DNA of 36,554 nucleotides from a bacterium (lineage in GTDB: Bacteria > UBA9089 > CG2-30-40-21). Both the position numbers and the translations under genes were made by a program. How positions within the stretch are numbered: the first letter of the stretch is position 1; every line of letters begins with the position of its first letter. Location: the NCBI GenBank assembly GCA_018814245.1, contig JAHIZN010000215.1, forward strand, positions 1 to 36,554. Reading direction: 5' to 3'. Shown here one piece after another: positions 25,651 to 35,140 of the stretch. The notes beneath the pieces were generated by a model that ran no database searches, was not told the DNA's origin, and saw nothing but the letters and a program-made list of their open reading frames with translations.

Positions 25651-26670
25651 TCACTTAAACATCGTCTGTGCCAATTCCCACCATTCCTGTCCCACGGTTT
25701 TCAGGGTTGATGTTGCTGCTTCGAGTGGTGCAGAGGTTATCTCATTACCAGAAAGACAGGCCATCTGACCAAACTTAGCCTCATGAATCAATTCAACTGC
25801 CTTTACCCCAACCCGTGTTCCCAGCATTCTGTCAAAAAGGGTAGGGCTGCCGCCTCGCTGGATATGACCAATCACAGCCACCCTTGTCTCAATCCCTGTC
25901 TTTTCCTCGATAATCTTTGCTGTATATTCTCCAATCCCTTTTTCCTTCAGGATGATATGACCAAAGGAGTCAACCTCTTGTTCTCCCTCTAATTCTGAAA
26001 ATTTGGTGCCCTCTGAGACCACTACTATTCCATAATTTTTCCGTTGTTTAACCAATTTTAAGTGTTCACACATCTTTTCAATATCCGGCTCAATCTCAGG
26101 AAGCAGTATCCAGTCTGCACCGCCGGCAATCCCTGTAAAGAGGGCAACCCAACCAGCATGTCTGCCCATAACCTCCAGAACCATTATCCGCCGGTGGGAT
26201 CTGCCTGTATCTCTCAATCTTTCCAGTGCATCAACCGCAACAGTTACTGCCGTATCAAAACCAAATGTATAGTCTGTACAAGACAGGTCATTATCCATGG
26301 TTTTCGGTACACCCACAACATTTGTTCCATATTGTTTATAGAGCTTACTTGCCACTCCAAGCGTATCCTCTCCCCCAATGGCAATCAAGGCATCAAATTT
26401 CTTCATATTCTCCAGAACCTTGGGTACATCAGTTTCAGCCTTCTTAAACGGATTGGTACGGGATGTCCCAAGTATAGTACCGCCCTTACCAACTATTTCT
26501 TCTACATCATTAAGGGTCAATTGCCTCACATTCCCATTTATCATTCCCTTCCAGCCGTCCATTACCCCAAAGAGCTCATCATTATGATCCATAGCCTTCA
26601 TGAAAGCCCCTCTAATAGCTGGATTTAATCCAGGGCAATCGCCGCCGCCAGTTAATATACCAATCCTCAT
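25651..26670 (-). CDS. pfp: 6-phosphofructokinase, predicted PPi-dependent
   Basis: Contains GGGDCPGLN, IGGEDT, PKTMDND and MGRHAGW. Asp and Lys at the positions equivalent to E. coli Gly104 and Gly124 are the established signature of PPi dependence. The start is set at the ATG at 26670, 10 nt after GGAGG. Confidence 0.8.
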   Translation of the reverse strand: MRIGILTGGGDCPGLNPAIRGAFMKAMDHNDELFGVMDGWKGMINGNVRQLTLNDVEEIVGKGGTILGTSRTNPFKKAETDVPKVLENMKKFDALIAIGGEDTLGVASKLYKQYGTNVVGVPKTMDNDLSCTDYTFGFDTAVTVAVDALERLRDTGRSHRRIMVLEVMGRHAGWVALFTGIAGGADWILLPEIEPDIEKMCEHLKLVKQRKNYGIVVVSEGTKFSELEGEQEVDSFGHIILKEKGIGEYTAKIIEEKTGIETRVAVIGHIQRGGSPTLFDRMLGTRVGVKAVELIHEAKFGQMACLSGNEITSAPLEAATSTLKTVGQEWWELAQTMFK

Positions 26671-26729
26671 GTCTTGCAAGCCTCCTTAGCTTTTTTTTCA
26701 CGCAAAGATCGCAAAGATTTCACGCAAAG

Positions 26730-26770
26730 AAGTGCACAGGATTATAAATTATTTACAATCCTGTGCACTT
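26730..26770. repeat. 14-bp-stem hairpin at the centre of a family H (CGCAAAGATCGCAAAG) inverted repeat
   Basis: aagtgcacaggatt / aatcctgtgcactt. It is flanked by cacgcaaagatcgcaaagatttcacgcaaag (about 26698-26729) and tttgcgatctttgcgtg (about 26815-26838). Confidence 0.85.
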
Positions 26771-26931
26771 CCGTCTTTTTCAGTCATAACTCTCTGCGCT
26801 CTTTGCGGTTTTGTTAGTTTGCGATCTTTGCGTGATATTATTATTGCCGAGTAGTTATCAAAAGTATACCAAATACAATCAAAAATGTCAAGCATTTTCC
26901 TGTCTTATTTTAGGACTTATCGCAAAATAGG

Positions 26932-26960
26932 TTGACAATACGCAAAAATGGTGATACAAT
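26932..26960 (+). promoter_or_regulatory. Near-consensus sigma70 promoter for rsmA
   Basis: TTGACA (26932-26937), a 17-nt spacer ending in an extended -10 TG, and TACAAT (26955-26960). SD GAGGTGA and the GTG start at 26982 follow. Confidence 0.7.
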
Positions 26961-26981
26961 ATAATTGCTTGAGGTGAAAGT

Positions 26982-27800
26982 GTGGGAATTGAAGCCAGAT
27001 GCAGGGAAACCCTCAAACGGTTTAACCTGAAACCCAACAAGAGCTTGGGTCAAAATTTTCTGATAAATGAACCTGCGGTTAAAAGCATCATTGATGCTGC
27101 CAATTTAAGGGGTGATGATACTGTTCTTGAGATTGGCTCAGGCACAGGGATAGTTACCCGTGAGCTGGCAGCAAGAGTACAACATGTTATTGCCTGTGAA
27201 TTCGATCGAGGATTAATGACAGCACTTCAGGATGAACTCAAGGAATTTTCTAACATCAGGTATATTCACGCAGATATTTTAAGCGTTGACATAAAAGCTC
27301 TGATAGCAGCGGAAAAACTAAAGGTTGTGGCCAACCTTCCTTATTGCATTACAACACCAATAATTACCAAGCTGCTTGAGGTAAAGGGGATTATCTCTCT
27401 CATAATCCTTATGGTTCAACAAGAGGTTGCCGCAAGGATACTGTCTAAGCCAGGGACAAAGGAATATGGCTCTTTTTCTATCTTTGTTAATTATCATAGC
27501 CGCGTAGAAAGGGTAAGGCATGTTTCTCGCGGATGCTTTTTTCCGCAACCACAGGTAGATTCTGACATATTAAGATTATATCCACTCGGTGCCCCGCCGG
27601 TTAGTGTAAGGGATGAGGTCTTGTTCTTCCAATTATCAAGAGCTGCATTTGGGCAGAGAAGAAAGACGCTGAGGAATGCCCTTTTTACAATATTGGGTGA
27701 AAAAGCAGGGATGATTCTTCAAGGTGCAGGCATTGATCCATCGCGAAGGGGCGAGACATTAAGTTTGGAAGAGTTTGCTACACTAACAAATAGATTCTGA
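26982..27800 (+). CDS. rsmA: 16S rRNA (adenine1518/1519-N6)-dimethyltransferase
   Basis: Contains LGQNFL, the SAM-binding motif LEIGSGTG, and NLPYCITTPI. Confidence 0.9.
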   Translation: MGIEARCRETLKRFNLKPNKSLGQNFLINEPAVKSIIDAANLRGDDTVLEIGSGTGIVTRELAARVQHVIACEFDRGLMTALQDELKEFSNIRYIHADILSVDIKALIAAEKLKVVANLPYCITTPIITKLLEVKGIISLIILMVQQEVAARILSKPGTKEYGSFSIFVNYHSRVERVRHVSRGCFFPQPQVDSDILRLYPLGAPPVSVRDEVLFFQLSRAAFGQRRKTLRNALFTILGEKAGMILQGAGIDPSRRGETLSLEEFATLTNRF

Positions 27801-27807
27801 AGGAAAC

Positions 27808-28188
27808 ATGGCAAAAAAATATGAAGAATGGTTAAAGCAAGCTGATTATGATATAAATACAGCAGAGTATATGTTTGATGGCGGTAGATATTTCTATGCT
27901 GTTTTTATGTGTCATCTTTCTATAGAAAAAGCTCTCAAAGGGCTCTACTTAGAGAGGCTAAAAGAGATGTCACCAAAGGTCCACAATCTCATCTATCTAT
28001 TGAATAAATCTGGTGTTAAACCTCCAGAGACCATTGGAAGATTTCTTGTAACACTTAATGAAGCCAGCGTCGTAACAAGATATCCTGACAACATAGAGAA
28101 ACTACAGAGGGATTATACAAAGGATGTTGTGATGGATATAGTAAGCAAAAGCAAAGAGGTTTTAAGATGGATAAAAACGCAGTTTTGA
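27808..28188 (+). CDS. HEPN-domain protein
   Basis: AVFMCHLSIEKALKGLYL...HNLIYLL...VTRYPD matches the PF05168-type HEPN pattern. It overlaps the downstream MNT gene by 22 nt. Confidence 0.8.
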   Translation: MAKKYEEWLKQADYDINTAEYMFDGGRYFYAVFMCHLSIEKALKGLYLERLKEMSPKVHNLIYLLNKSGVKPPETIGRFLVTLNEASVVTRYPDNIEKLQRDYTKDVVMDIVSKSKEVLRWIKTQF

Positions 28189-28484
28189 AGATTATCTCTC
28201 GCTTTCAGAAAACCCTTGAGTCGAAAGGCATAAGAATAAACAAAACTATACTTTTTGGTTCTTGTGCGATGGGATTACAAAAGGAAGAGAGCGATATTGA
28301 TATAGTTGTTATATCAGAGGATTTCAAGAATAAGGGCTATTGGGAGAGGATAGCGATACTCTCAGATGTTATTTATGAAATCTTTGAGCCAATAGAGGCT
28401 GTGGCTATGACGAAAGAAGAATGGGAAAAAGGCGATTCTTTTATTGTTAATTATGCTAAAAACGGAGAGGTTGTTTATGGATAA
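28167..28484 (+). CDS. Minimal nucleotidyltransferase (MNT) domain protein
   Basis: The FGSCAMGLQKEESDIDIVV motif (GS...D.D) matches pol-beta-superfamily nucleotidyltransferases. Confidence 0.8.
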   Translation: MDKNAVLKIISRFQKTLESKGIRINKTILFGSCAMGLQKEESDIDIVVISEDFKNKGYWERIAILSDVIYEIFEPIEAVAMTKEEWEKGDSFIVNYAKNGEVVYG

Positions 28485-28487
28485 CAG

Positions 28488-28742
28488 GTAATTGCTCAAT
28501 ATCCTGTGGCAATTCAATGAGATTAAACTGCTCAGACAGCAAGAATACAGGAGACAGGAGTCAGAATTCAGAATACAGGGAAAGAGCCACAAAGGGTGTA
28601 AATTCTAAGAAATGCACCCTTGTCTTGTTATCGTTACAATTATTTTCCCTAAGATTATACACCCTTTGTGGCTCTTTCCCTTGTAAGCGTTTACCTATTG
28701 TTAATTGTGGCTTGCAAAATCCACAGGTTATTGAGCAATTAC
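28488..28742. repeat. Composite nested repeat: family G shell enclosing family F (GAATACAGGAGTCAGAATTCAG) and family A copy 3 (28578-28680)
   Basis: The outer ends are gtaattgctcaatatcctgtgg and ccacaggttattgagcaattac. Family F is at 28541-28579. The family A TIRs are at 28578-28603 and 28654-28680. Confidence 0.85.
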
Positions 28743-28768
28743 GATAATAGGATTACAAGGAGGAAATT

Positions 28769-31234
28769 ATGAAAGCAGTAATTATGGCTGGCGGGTTTGG
28801 CACAAGAATGAGGCCGTTGACATGCAATATTCCTAAACCAATGGTGCCTGTGGCTAACAAGCCCATCATGGAGCATATTGTTCGACTGTTAAAGGCACAT
28901 CATATTACTGAGATTGTGGCTATTCTGTATTATCAGCCTGAAATCATTCAAAACTACTTTGATAATGGAAAAAAATTTGGGGTAAATATAGAGTATGTAA
29001 CTGCCGTAGAGGACCTTGGTACTGCTGGCAGTGTGAAAAATGCAGCTGAATATCTGGACGAGCCGTTTATCATCATCAGCGGCGATGTGCTTACAGATTT
29101 TAACCTTTCAAATATTATCAACTTTCATCAGGAAAAAAAAGCCTTAGCCACCATTACCCTGACACGGGTGCAAAACCCGCTTCAGTACGGCATTGTCATT
29201 GTTTCACAAGACGGAAAGATTGAAAGATTTTTAGAAAAGCCGGGCTGGGGAGAGGTGTTTTCCGATACAGTCAATACCGGAATCTATGTTCTTGAACCAG
29301 AAACATTTAAGTATATGCCAGAGAATAAAGAGTTTGATTTTAGTAAGAATTTTTTTCCAAGTCTGCTGGAGAAGAATGGAGCATTATGCGGCTATATTGC
29401 CTCTGGTTACTGGAGGGATATTGGGAATTTAGAGGAATACAGGCTGGCACATTATGATATTTTATCAGGCAAGGTTTTAATAGATATTCATAGTATAAAA
29501 AAGGATAAGAGTCTTTGGGTTGGAAGGGGAACAGAATTATCAGACAATGTGTCTCTGGAACATGGTGTCATTATTGGAAATGATTGTCGGATTGGTGAAG
29601 GGGCAAGATTGGTAAATACGGTTATTGGAGACAATTGTATTATTGAAGGAAATTCCCATATCTCCAGCTCTATTATCTGGGATGAAACATTTATCGCCCT
29701 TGGGTGTGAGCTGAATGAAAATGTGGTGGCAAGCAATGTTACCATTGGAAGGAATGCCATTCTTGAGGAAGGGGCATTGATCTCTGATGGATGTAAGATT
29801 GGAGAACATTCTGTTTTACGGGCAAATGTTAAGGTCTGGCCATTTAAGCAGGTTGAAGCAGGGGCAACCCTTTCCTCAAGCCTTATCTGGGGAGAAAAAT
29901 GGGGTCGATCTCTATTTGGAACCAATGGGGTTGTTGGTTTGGCAAATATGGAGATTACCCCGGAATTTGCCGCTAAGCTTGGAGCTGCCTGCGGGGCAAG
30001 CTTTTCACCCAATGCAACCCTATCAGTGATAACCAGCCGTGATTCCCATAAGGTTTCACGAATGATCAATCGGGCATTAATCTCAGGCATCCTCTCTGTG
30101 GGTACAAATGTTTGGGACCTGGGGGCACTCCCCATGCCTGTTGCCCGGTATCAGGCAGGAACCATAGGTGATCAGGGCGGCATCCATGTAAGAAGGGCAT
30201 CCTATGACCCAAGGATGTTGGAAATTAAATTTTTCAATGCCTCAGGGCTTGATATTCCAATATCCAAGGAAAGAAGCATTGAACAACTTTTCTTCAGAGA
30301 GGATTTCAGACGGGCAAAAACAGAGGAAACAGGTGTTCTTTCGTTTCCATACAGGGTAATAGAATGCTATCGCGAGGGATTTCTCCGTGCCATAGATAGA
30401 CCTAATATGAATAAGAACCTTAAGATAGTTATAGATTACTGTTTTGGCTCAGCTGCAACCATATTCCCATCCATATTGGGAGAGTTTGGTCTGGATGTCA
30501 TCTCCTTAAACGCCTACCTTGACCCCACAAAGTTTATCAGCAGTCCAGCAAAGATGAATCAATCGCTAAAACAGCTTTCTAATATTGTACAAACCCTTGG
30601 TGCAGATATTGGTTTTCTTCTTGATCAAGAGGCAGAAAGTGTATTTCTGGTAGACGAAAAGGGTGATATTCTTCCACCAGAGATTGCCTTTGCTGCTGTA
30701 TGTCAGATGATTGCACAAATCGTTCCTGAGGCAACAGTGGGAACACCAATAAATACTACCCGTATTATTGATCAAATACTTCCAAACAGGGTAAAAAGAA
30801 CAAAAATGACCAGCAGGGGTATCTGTGAGGAAAAAGAGCCATTTCTGGTGGGTGATGTGAACGGTGGTTTTATCTTTCCTCAATTCCATCAGATATTTGA
30901 TGGGATGTTTGCTGTGGTAAAGATACTTGAATTATTGTCTAAAACAGGCAAAAGCCTTGGGTGTGTTGCGGAAAGCATTCCGCCATTCTTTGTCAGTCAT
31001 CAAAGGGTTCATTGCTCATGGGAGATGAAGGGAACAGTGATGAGGCAATTGATTGAAGAAACCACAGAAAAAACCGTAGAGCTGATAGATGGGGTCAAGA
31101 TCCATCATGGACAGGATTGGATATTGCTTTTGCCTGACCCGGATGAGGCAAGCTTTCATCTGTATGCAGAAAGCAGCAGCATGGAAAAGGCAGAGGCATT
31201 GATAGGTGAATATGTTGGAAGGATTAAGCAGTAG
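28769..31234 (+). CDS. Sugar-phosphate nucleotidyltransferase fused to left-handed beta-helix and PGM/PMM-like domains
   Basis: N-terminal MAGGFGTRMRPLT, hexapeptide repeats in the middle, and a C-terminal four-domain PGM/PMM-like region. The motifs of that region are divergent: RASYDP for TASHNP, and LDQEAES for DGDxDR. Confidence 0.8.
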   Translation: MKAVIMAGGFGTRMRPLTCNIPKPMVPVANKPIMEHIVRLLKAHHITEIVAILYYQPEIIQNYFDNGKKFGVNIEYVTAVEDLGTAGSVKNAAEYLDEPFIIISGDVLTDFNLSNIINFHQEKKALATITLTRVQNPLQYGIVIVSQDGKIERFLEKPGWGEVFSDTVNTGIYVLEPETFKYMPENKEFDFSKNFFPSLLEKNGALCGYIASGYWRDIGNLEEYRLAHYDILSGKVLIDIHSIKKDKSLWVGRGTELSDNVSLEHGVIIGNDCRIGEGARLVNTVIGDNCIIEGNSHISSSIIWDETFIALGCELNENVVASNVTIGRNAILEEGALISDGCKIGEHSVLRANVKVWPFKQVEAGATLSSSLIWGEKWGRSLFGTNGVVGLANMEITPEFAAKLGAACGASFSPNATLSVITSRDSHKVSRMINRALISGILSVGTNVWDLGALPMPVARYQAGTIGDQGGIHVRRASYDPRMLEIKFFNASGLDIPISKERSIEQLFFREDFRRAKTEETGVLSFPYRVIECYREGFLRAIDRPNMNKNLKIVIDYCFGSAATIFPSILGEFGLDVISLNAYLDPTKFISSPAKMNQSLKQLSNIVQTLGADIGFLLDQEAESVFLVDEKGDILPPEIAFAAVCQMIAQIVPEATVGTPINTTRIIDQILPNRVKRTKMTSRGICEEKEPFLVGDVNGGFIFPQFHQIFDGMFAVVKILELLSKTGKSLGCVAESIPPFFVSHQRVHCSWEMKGTVMRQLIEETTEKTVELIDGVKIHHGQDWILLLPDPDEASFHLYAESSSMEKAEALIGEYVGRIKQ

Positions 31235-31561
31235 GGAAGAGATTCTCGCAAAGGTCGCAAAGTTTTCGCAGAGTCCGCAGAAACAAGGCTAAAGAAATGA
31301 GAAAAATGATGAAAATCCTGTAACTATTCAGATGTGTAATAAAGGAGAAAAGGGGAAAAAAAGAGAAGTGGGGAAGACTAATAGGAGTCAGAATTCAAGA
31401 GTCAGAATATTCCTAATTCTGTCCTTTTGTATTCTCCCCTGTTCTCCCCTTTCTCCATTTCTCCTTATCTTACACATTTCTTTTCTTTCTTTGTGTTCTT
31501 TGCGAATCCTTTGCGTCTTTGCGAGAATCTTGAGAATTGCTAAGAGAAAGGAGGATTAGCC

Positions 31562-32998
31562 TTGCGTGGAATAAATCTAAGCCCATCAGGCTGGCGGGCA
31601 ATAATCGCTAAGGAATTTACCTTTGATAATATATTGTTTCTTGCTCAGGCAATTGCTGATTATCTTAAACAGCAGGGGCAAACTCAAGGTGTGGTCATAG
31701 GATATGACTGCCGATTTCTCTCTGATGAGTTTGCCAAATATGCGGCAGAGGTTTTGTCAGGCAATCAAATAACCGTATTTTTTGTCCCTGTTCCAACGCC
31801 TACACCAGTGATTGCTTATGAAATAGTCAGGAGACGGGCATCGGCTGGAATAATGATTACTGCCAGCCATAACCCTTCCATGTATAATGGCTTAAAGTTT
31901 AATGCCCCTCATGGCGGCTCTGACTCAAAAGAGGCAACAGCGTGGATTACTCATCAGGCAAATACCCTGCCAAAGAGTGTGATTAAAAGGATAACATATC
32001 AACAAGGGGTTGCGTCTGGTGCTATCCTACCCATTGATCCTGCGAAAAAATACATTGAACACATAAAAACCCTTGTCAATATGGAGCTAATCAAAGAGGC
32101 AGGGTTATCTGTGGCAATTGACCTCATGTTTGGGTGTGCCATAGAATATCTTGGCAATATTTTGACTGAGGCTGGATGCAGGATTGTATCCCTGCACACC
32201 AATCGTGACCCCTTGTTTGGCGGAAAGCCTCCGGATCCTAATGAGGATTCATTGCAGGAGCTTTCACAATTAGTAGTATCATCTGACTCCTGTCTTGGTC
32301 TTGCCACTGATGGGGATGCTGATCGATTTGGTGTAATTGACAGCAATGGCGAGTATGTCTCATCAAATCAGATGATTGCCCTTTTGGTTTATTATATGCT
32401 TAAAACCCGTGGGCAAAAGGGTGGTGTTGTCAAAACAATCACAACCACCCATCTTGTAGACGCTATTGCCAAAAAATATAATGTTTCTTGTTGCCAGACC
32501 AATGTTGGCTTTAGAAATGTTGCCGAGATAATAAGAAAGGAAAACATGCTCATTGGTGGAGAGGAATCGGGAGGACTAACCATTGCCGGGCATATCCCGG
32601 AGAAAGATGGCATCCTTGGATGCCTGTTGACCACAGAGATGCTGGCATCTAACCAAAAGAGTATTAGGGATATTCTTCAGGGATTGTATGAAGAATTTGG
32701 GTACTTTTTCACCAAACGCATGGATATTTGCCTTTCAAAAGAAGAAGTGGATGCCTTGTCAAAAACACTACAGCATCATCCACCAAAAAGGTTTGGTGAT
32801 TTGCAGGTAACAAGAATCGAAAACAACAAATTCTTTATGGAGGATGGAAGCTGGATATTAATCAGACAATCTGCTACAGAGCCATTAATCCGAATATACG
32901 CAGAAGCAGCAAGCAAGGAGAAACTCCATAAGCTTATTGAAACAGGCATGGAGTTTATACGCAAGAAAGGAGAAAGAAAAGATGACCAAAACCAGTGA
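31562..32998 (+). CDS. Phosphoglucomutase/phosphomannomutase (canonical motifs)
   Basis: Contains TASHNPSMYNGLK, ATDGDADRFGV and GGEESGG. TTG start. Confidence 0.85.
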   Translation: MRGINLSPSGWRAIIAKEFTFDNILFLAQAIADYLKQQGQTQGVVIGYDCRFLSDEFAKYAAEVLSGNQITVFFVPVPTPTPVIAYEIVRRRASAGIMITASHNPSMYNGLKFNAPHGGSDSKEATAWITHQANTLPKSVIKRITYQQGVASGAILPIDPAKKYIEHIKTLVNMELIKEAGLSVAIDLMFGCAIEYLGNILTEAGCRIVSLHTNRDPLFGGKPPDPNEDSLQELSQLVVSSDSCLGLATDGDADRFGVIDSNGEYVSSNQMIALLVYYMLKTRGQKGGVVKTITTTHLVDAIAKKYNVSCCQTNVGFRNVAEIIRKENMLIGGEESGGLTIAGHIPEKDGILGCLLTTEMLASNQKSIRDILQGLYEEFGYFFTKRMDICLSKEEVDALSKTLQHHPPKRFGDLQVTRIENNKFFMEDGSWILIRQSATEPLIRIYAEAASKEKLHKLIETGMEFIRKKGERKDDQNQ

Positions 32999-33332
32999 AC
33001 TTATTGATCAAGCAGAAGCAGCCCTTGAAGCAGCACGGACAAGCATTGAGTTAAAGAACTATGAATGGGCTTTTGGACATGCCAGAAATTCTATAGAATT
33101 TGGACTAAAGGCGATTATAGAATATTATGGGAAGAGCTTTACCAAGACAAACATTGCCAGCCTTATTCATGAATTAAAAAATATAACCCAAATACCTGAT
33201 GATGTTGTTGTAGCAGCAAAGTCTGCTGCAGAGATGGAAAAACATGCGAGCAATAACGAGCGATTTTGCAGGATGTCTATTACCTATGCAGATATTATCA
33301 TGAAATGGGTGCTTCAAACCACTGGGTATTAA
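32982..33332 (+). CDS. HEPN-like small helical protein (solo)
   Basis: AFGHARNSIEFGLKAIIEYYG...LIHEL resembles the HEPN helix pattern of the gene at 27808. The start is taken at MTKTSE, preceded by GGAGAAAGAAAAG. It overlaps the PGM stop by 17 nt. Confidence 0.5.
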   Translation: MTKTSELIDQAEAALEAARTSIELKNYEWAFGHARNSIEFGLKAIIEYYGKSFTKTNIASLIHELKNITQIPDDVVVAAKSAAEMEKHASNNERFCRMSITYADIIMKWVLQTTGY

Positions 33333-33567
33333 AAACAGCTTGAACTGTTTAATCTTAGAGCCGCAACATATTCCATCCTCGTCCAGTTGAAAGACAAGAG
33401 GGCAACAGTGAGACAGAGGGCAGGCACGGGGGACTGTTCCTACGGATTAAATATCCTCCGCTGGCGGGGTCTGAGCATGTTCCACATTTTTTATTAGACA
33501 CAGAGAAAAAGTAACTGTTTAGGGTATAATTGATGCCTTGTTAATCAGTAGTTATTGCAGCGAAAAG

Positions 33568-33695
33568 GAAAAGAACCACAAAGGGTGTAAATTTAGGGAA
33601 AATAATTGCAGCGAAACAGGAGTAATTGTAAGCAAGAAGAGCCGTTGACAAGGATTGTATTTCTTAGGATTTACACCCTTTGTGGCTCTTTCTCT
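33568..33695. mobile_element. MITE-like element, family A, copy 4
   Basis: TIRs are at 33568-33593 and 33669-33695. The internal gagccgttgacaagg motif is as in copy 1. An outer TATTGCAGCGAAA / TTCCGTTGCAATA shell is present. Confidence 0.9.
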
Positions 33696-33787
33696 TTCCG
33701 TTGCAATAGTTGCTGGTTAATAAATTCCTTTCGTAATTTACTACACATCCCTTTTGGTTTCGGCTCGTCCGAGTTAGGAGTAATCCA

Positions 33788-34873
33788 ATGGCTTTATATG
33801 GTGTTATCATGGCTGGTGGAAGCGGGACAAGGTTTTGGCCTGTGAGCCGCCGGTCTATCCCAAAACAGTGCCTGCACATTACCTGTCATAAGTCCATGAT
33901 TCAGGAGACAGTGGACAGGTTAAGCCCAATCATTGAAAGAGATAAGTTTTATGTTGCCACAGGCCATCATCTCTATGAAGCTATTAAGCAGGATCTGCCT
34001 GATATTGGCTTTATCCTTGAGCCTGTTGCAAAGAATACTGCCCCATGCATTGGCTTGAGTATGATTCATCTTTTGCATAATGACCCCGAGGCAATCGTTT
34101 TATTGGAAACAGCAGACCATTATTACAAGGATGAAGACCTCTATCGTCAACACCTTCTTGGGGCAATAGCCCATGCAGCAACCCACGACAAAATTTGTCT
34201 TATTGGAATCAAACCATCCTATCCTGCCACTGGATATGGATATATTCAGCAGGGAAGCCTTATTTGTAACCAAGGGATACGAATATTTGAGGTGCAAAGG
34301 TTTGTAGAAAAACCAGGGATTGATGTGGCAAAAGGATATGTAGGATCAGGAGAATATTTGTGGAATTCAGGGATGTTTATTGCCAAGGCACAGGTAATGC
34401 TTGATGAGATTAGCCTGTATATGCCGCATCTCTATGCGGGCTTGATGAGAATCCAGTCTGCCCTCAAAAAAGCAGACAAAAAAGTTGATATTGTTACCCA
34501 GGAGGTTTTTGAATCATTGCCTTCAGCAGAGGCTACCTCTATTGACTTTGGGGTCATGGAGAGATCAAAAAATGTGGTGGTTGTTGAGGGGATATTCCCA
34601 TGGTATGATGTTGGTTCATGGGCATCTATGGAGGAGATTATCCCAAAGGATGACAATGAAAATGTAGTCAATACGGCAGAATATGTAGGTATTGACAGCA
34701 GAGGAAATATCATATATTCAACATCCAAAAGGCTGATTACCCTTCTTGGTGTAAACGATATGGTCGTTGTTGATACAGATGATGCCATCATGATATGCCC
34801 AAAGGAAAAAACAGAGGATGTAAAAAAGATAGTGGATAGATTAAAATGCCAGGGGATGCAGGGGTATTTGTAA
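33788..34873 (+). CDS. Mannose-1-phosphate guanylyltransferase-like nucleotidyltransferase
   Basis: The N-terminal MAGGSGTRFWPVSR motif matches the ManC/CpsB family. At 361 aa it has no cupin/PMI domain. Confidence 0.8.
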   Translation: MALYGVIMAGGSGTRFWPVSRRSIPKQCLHITCHKSMIQETVDRLSPIIERDKFYVATGHHLYEAIKQDLPDIGFILEPVAKNTAPCIGLSMIHLLHNDPEAIVLLETADHYYKDEDLYRQHLLGAIAHAATHDKICLIGIKPSYPATGYGYIQQGSLICNQGIRIFEVQRFVEKPGIDVAKGYVGSGEYLWNSGMFIAKAQVMLDEISLYMPHLYAGLMRIQSALKKADKKVDIVTQEVFESLPSAEATSIDFGVMERSKNVVVVEGIFPWYDVGSWASMEEIIPKDDNENVVNTAEYVGIDSRGNIIYSTSKRLITLLGVNDMVVVDTDDAIMICPKEKTEDVKKIVDRLKCQGMQGYL

Positions 34874-35140
34874 CAAGTGTCATAACCGTTCAGCCATATA
34901 ATTTTTTGACAGGATTACAGGATGAACAAGATGTATGCAATCCATTAATTAAGTTGACACATACCTTGTAGGGACATCCCTGCCAGAGGTGCTATCTCTT
35001 TGTGGGTGTCCGTTGTTTTGTTGCCTTCACGGACAGAGCCTGCCCCGGCGAATGCAGGGGGACAAGCTCTGTCCCTACAACTACGATATGTCAAGTTATT
35101 TATCGGATTCCATATATATCGTTGAAACTGGAGAATTACT

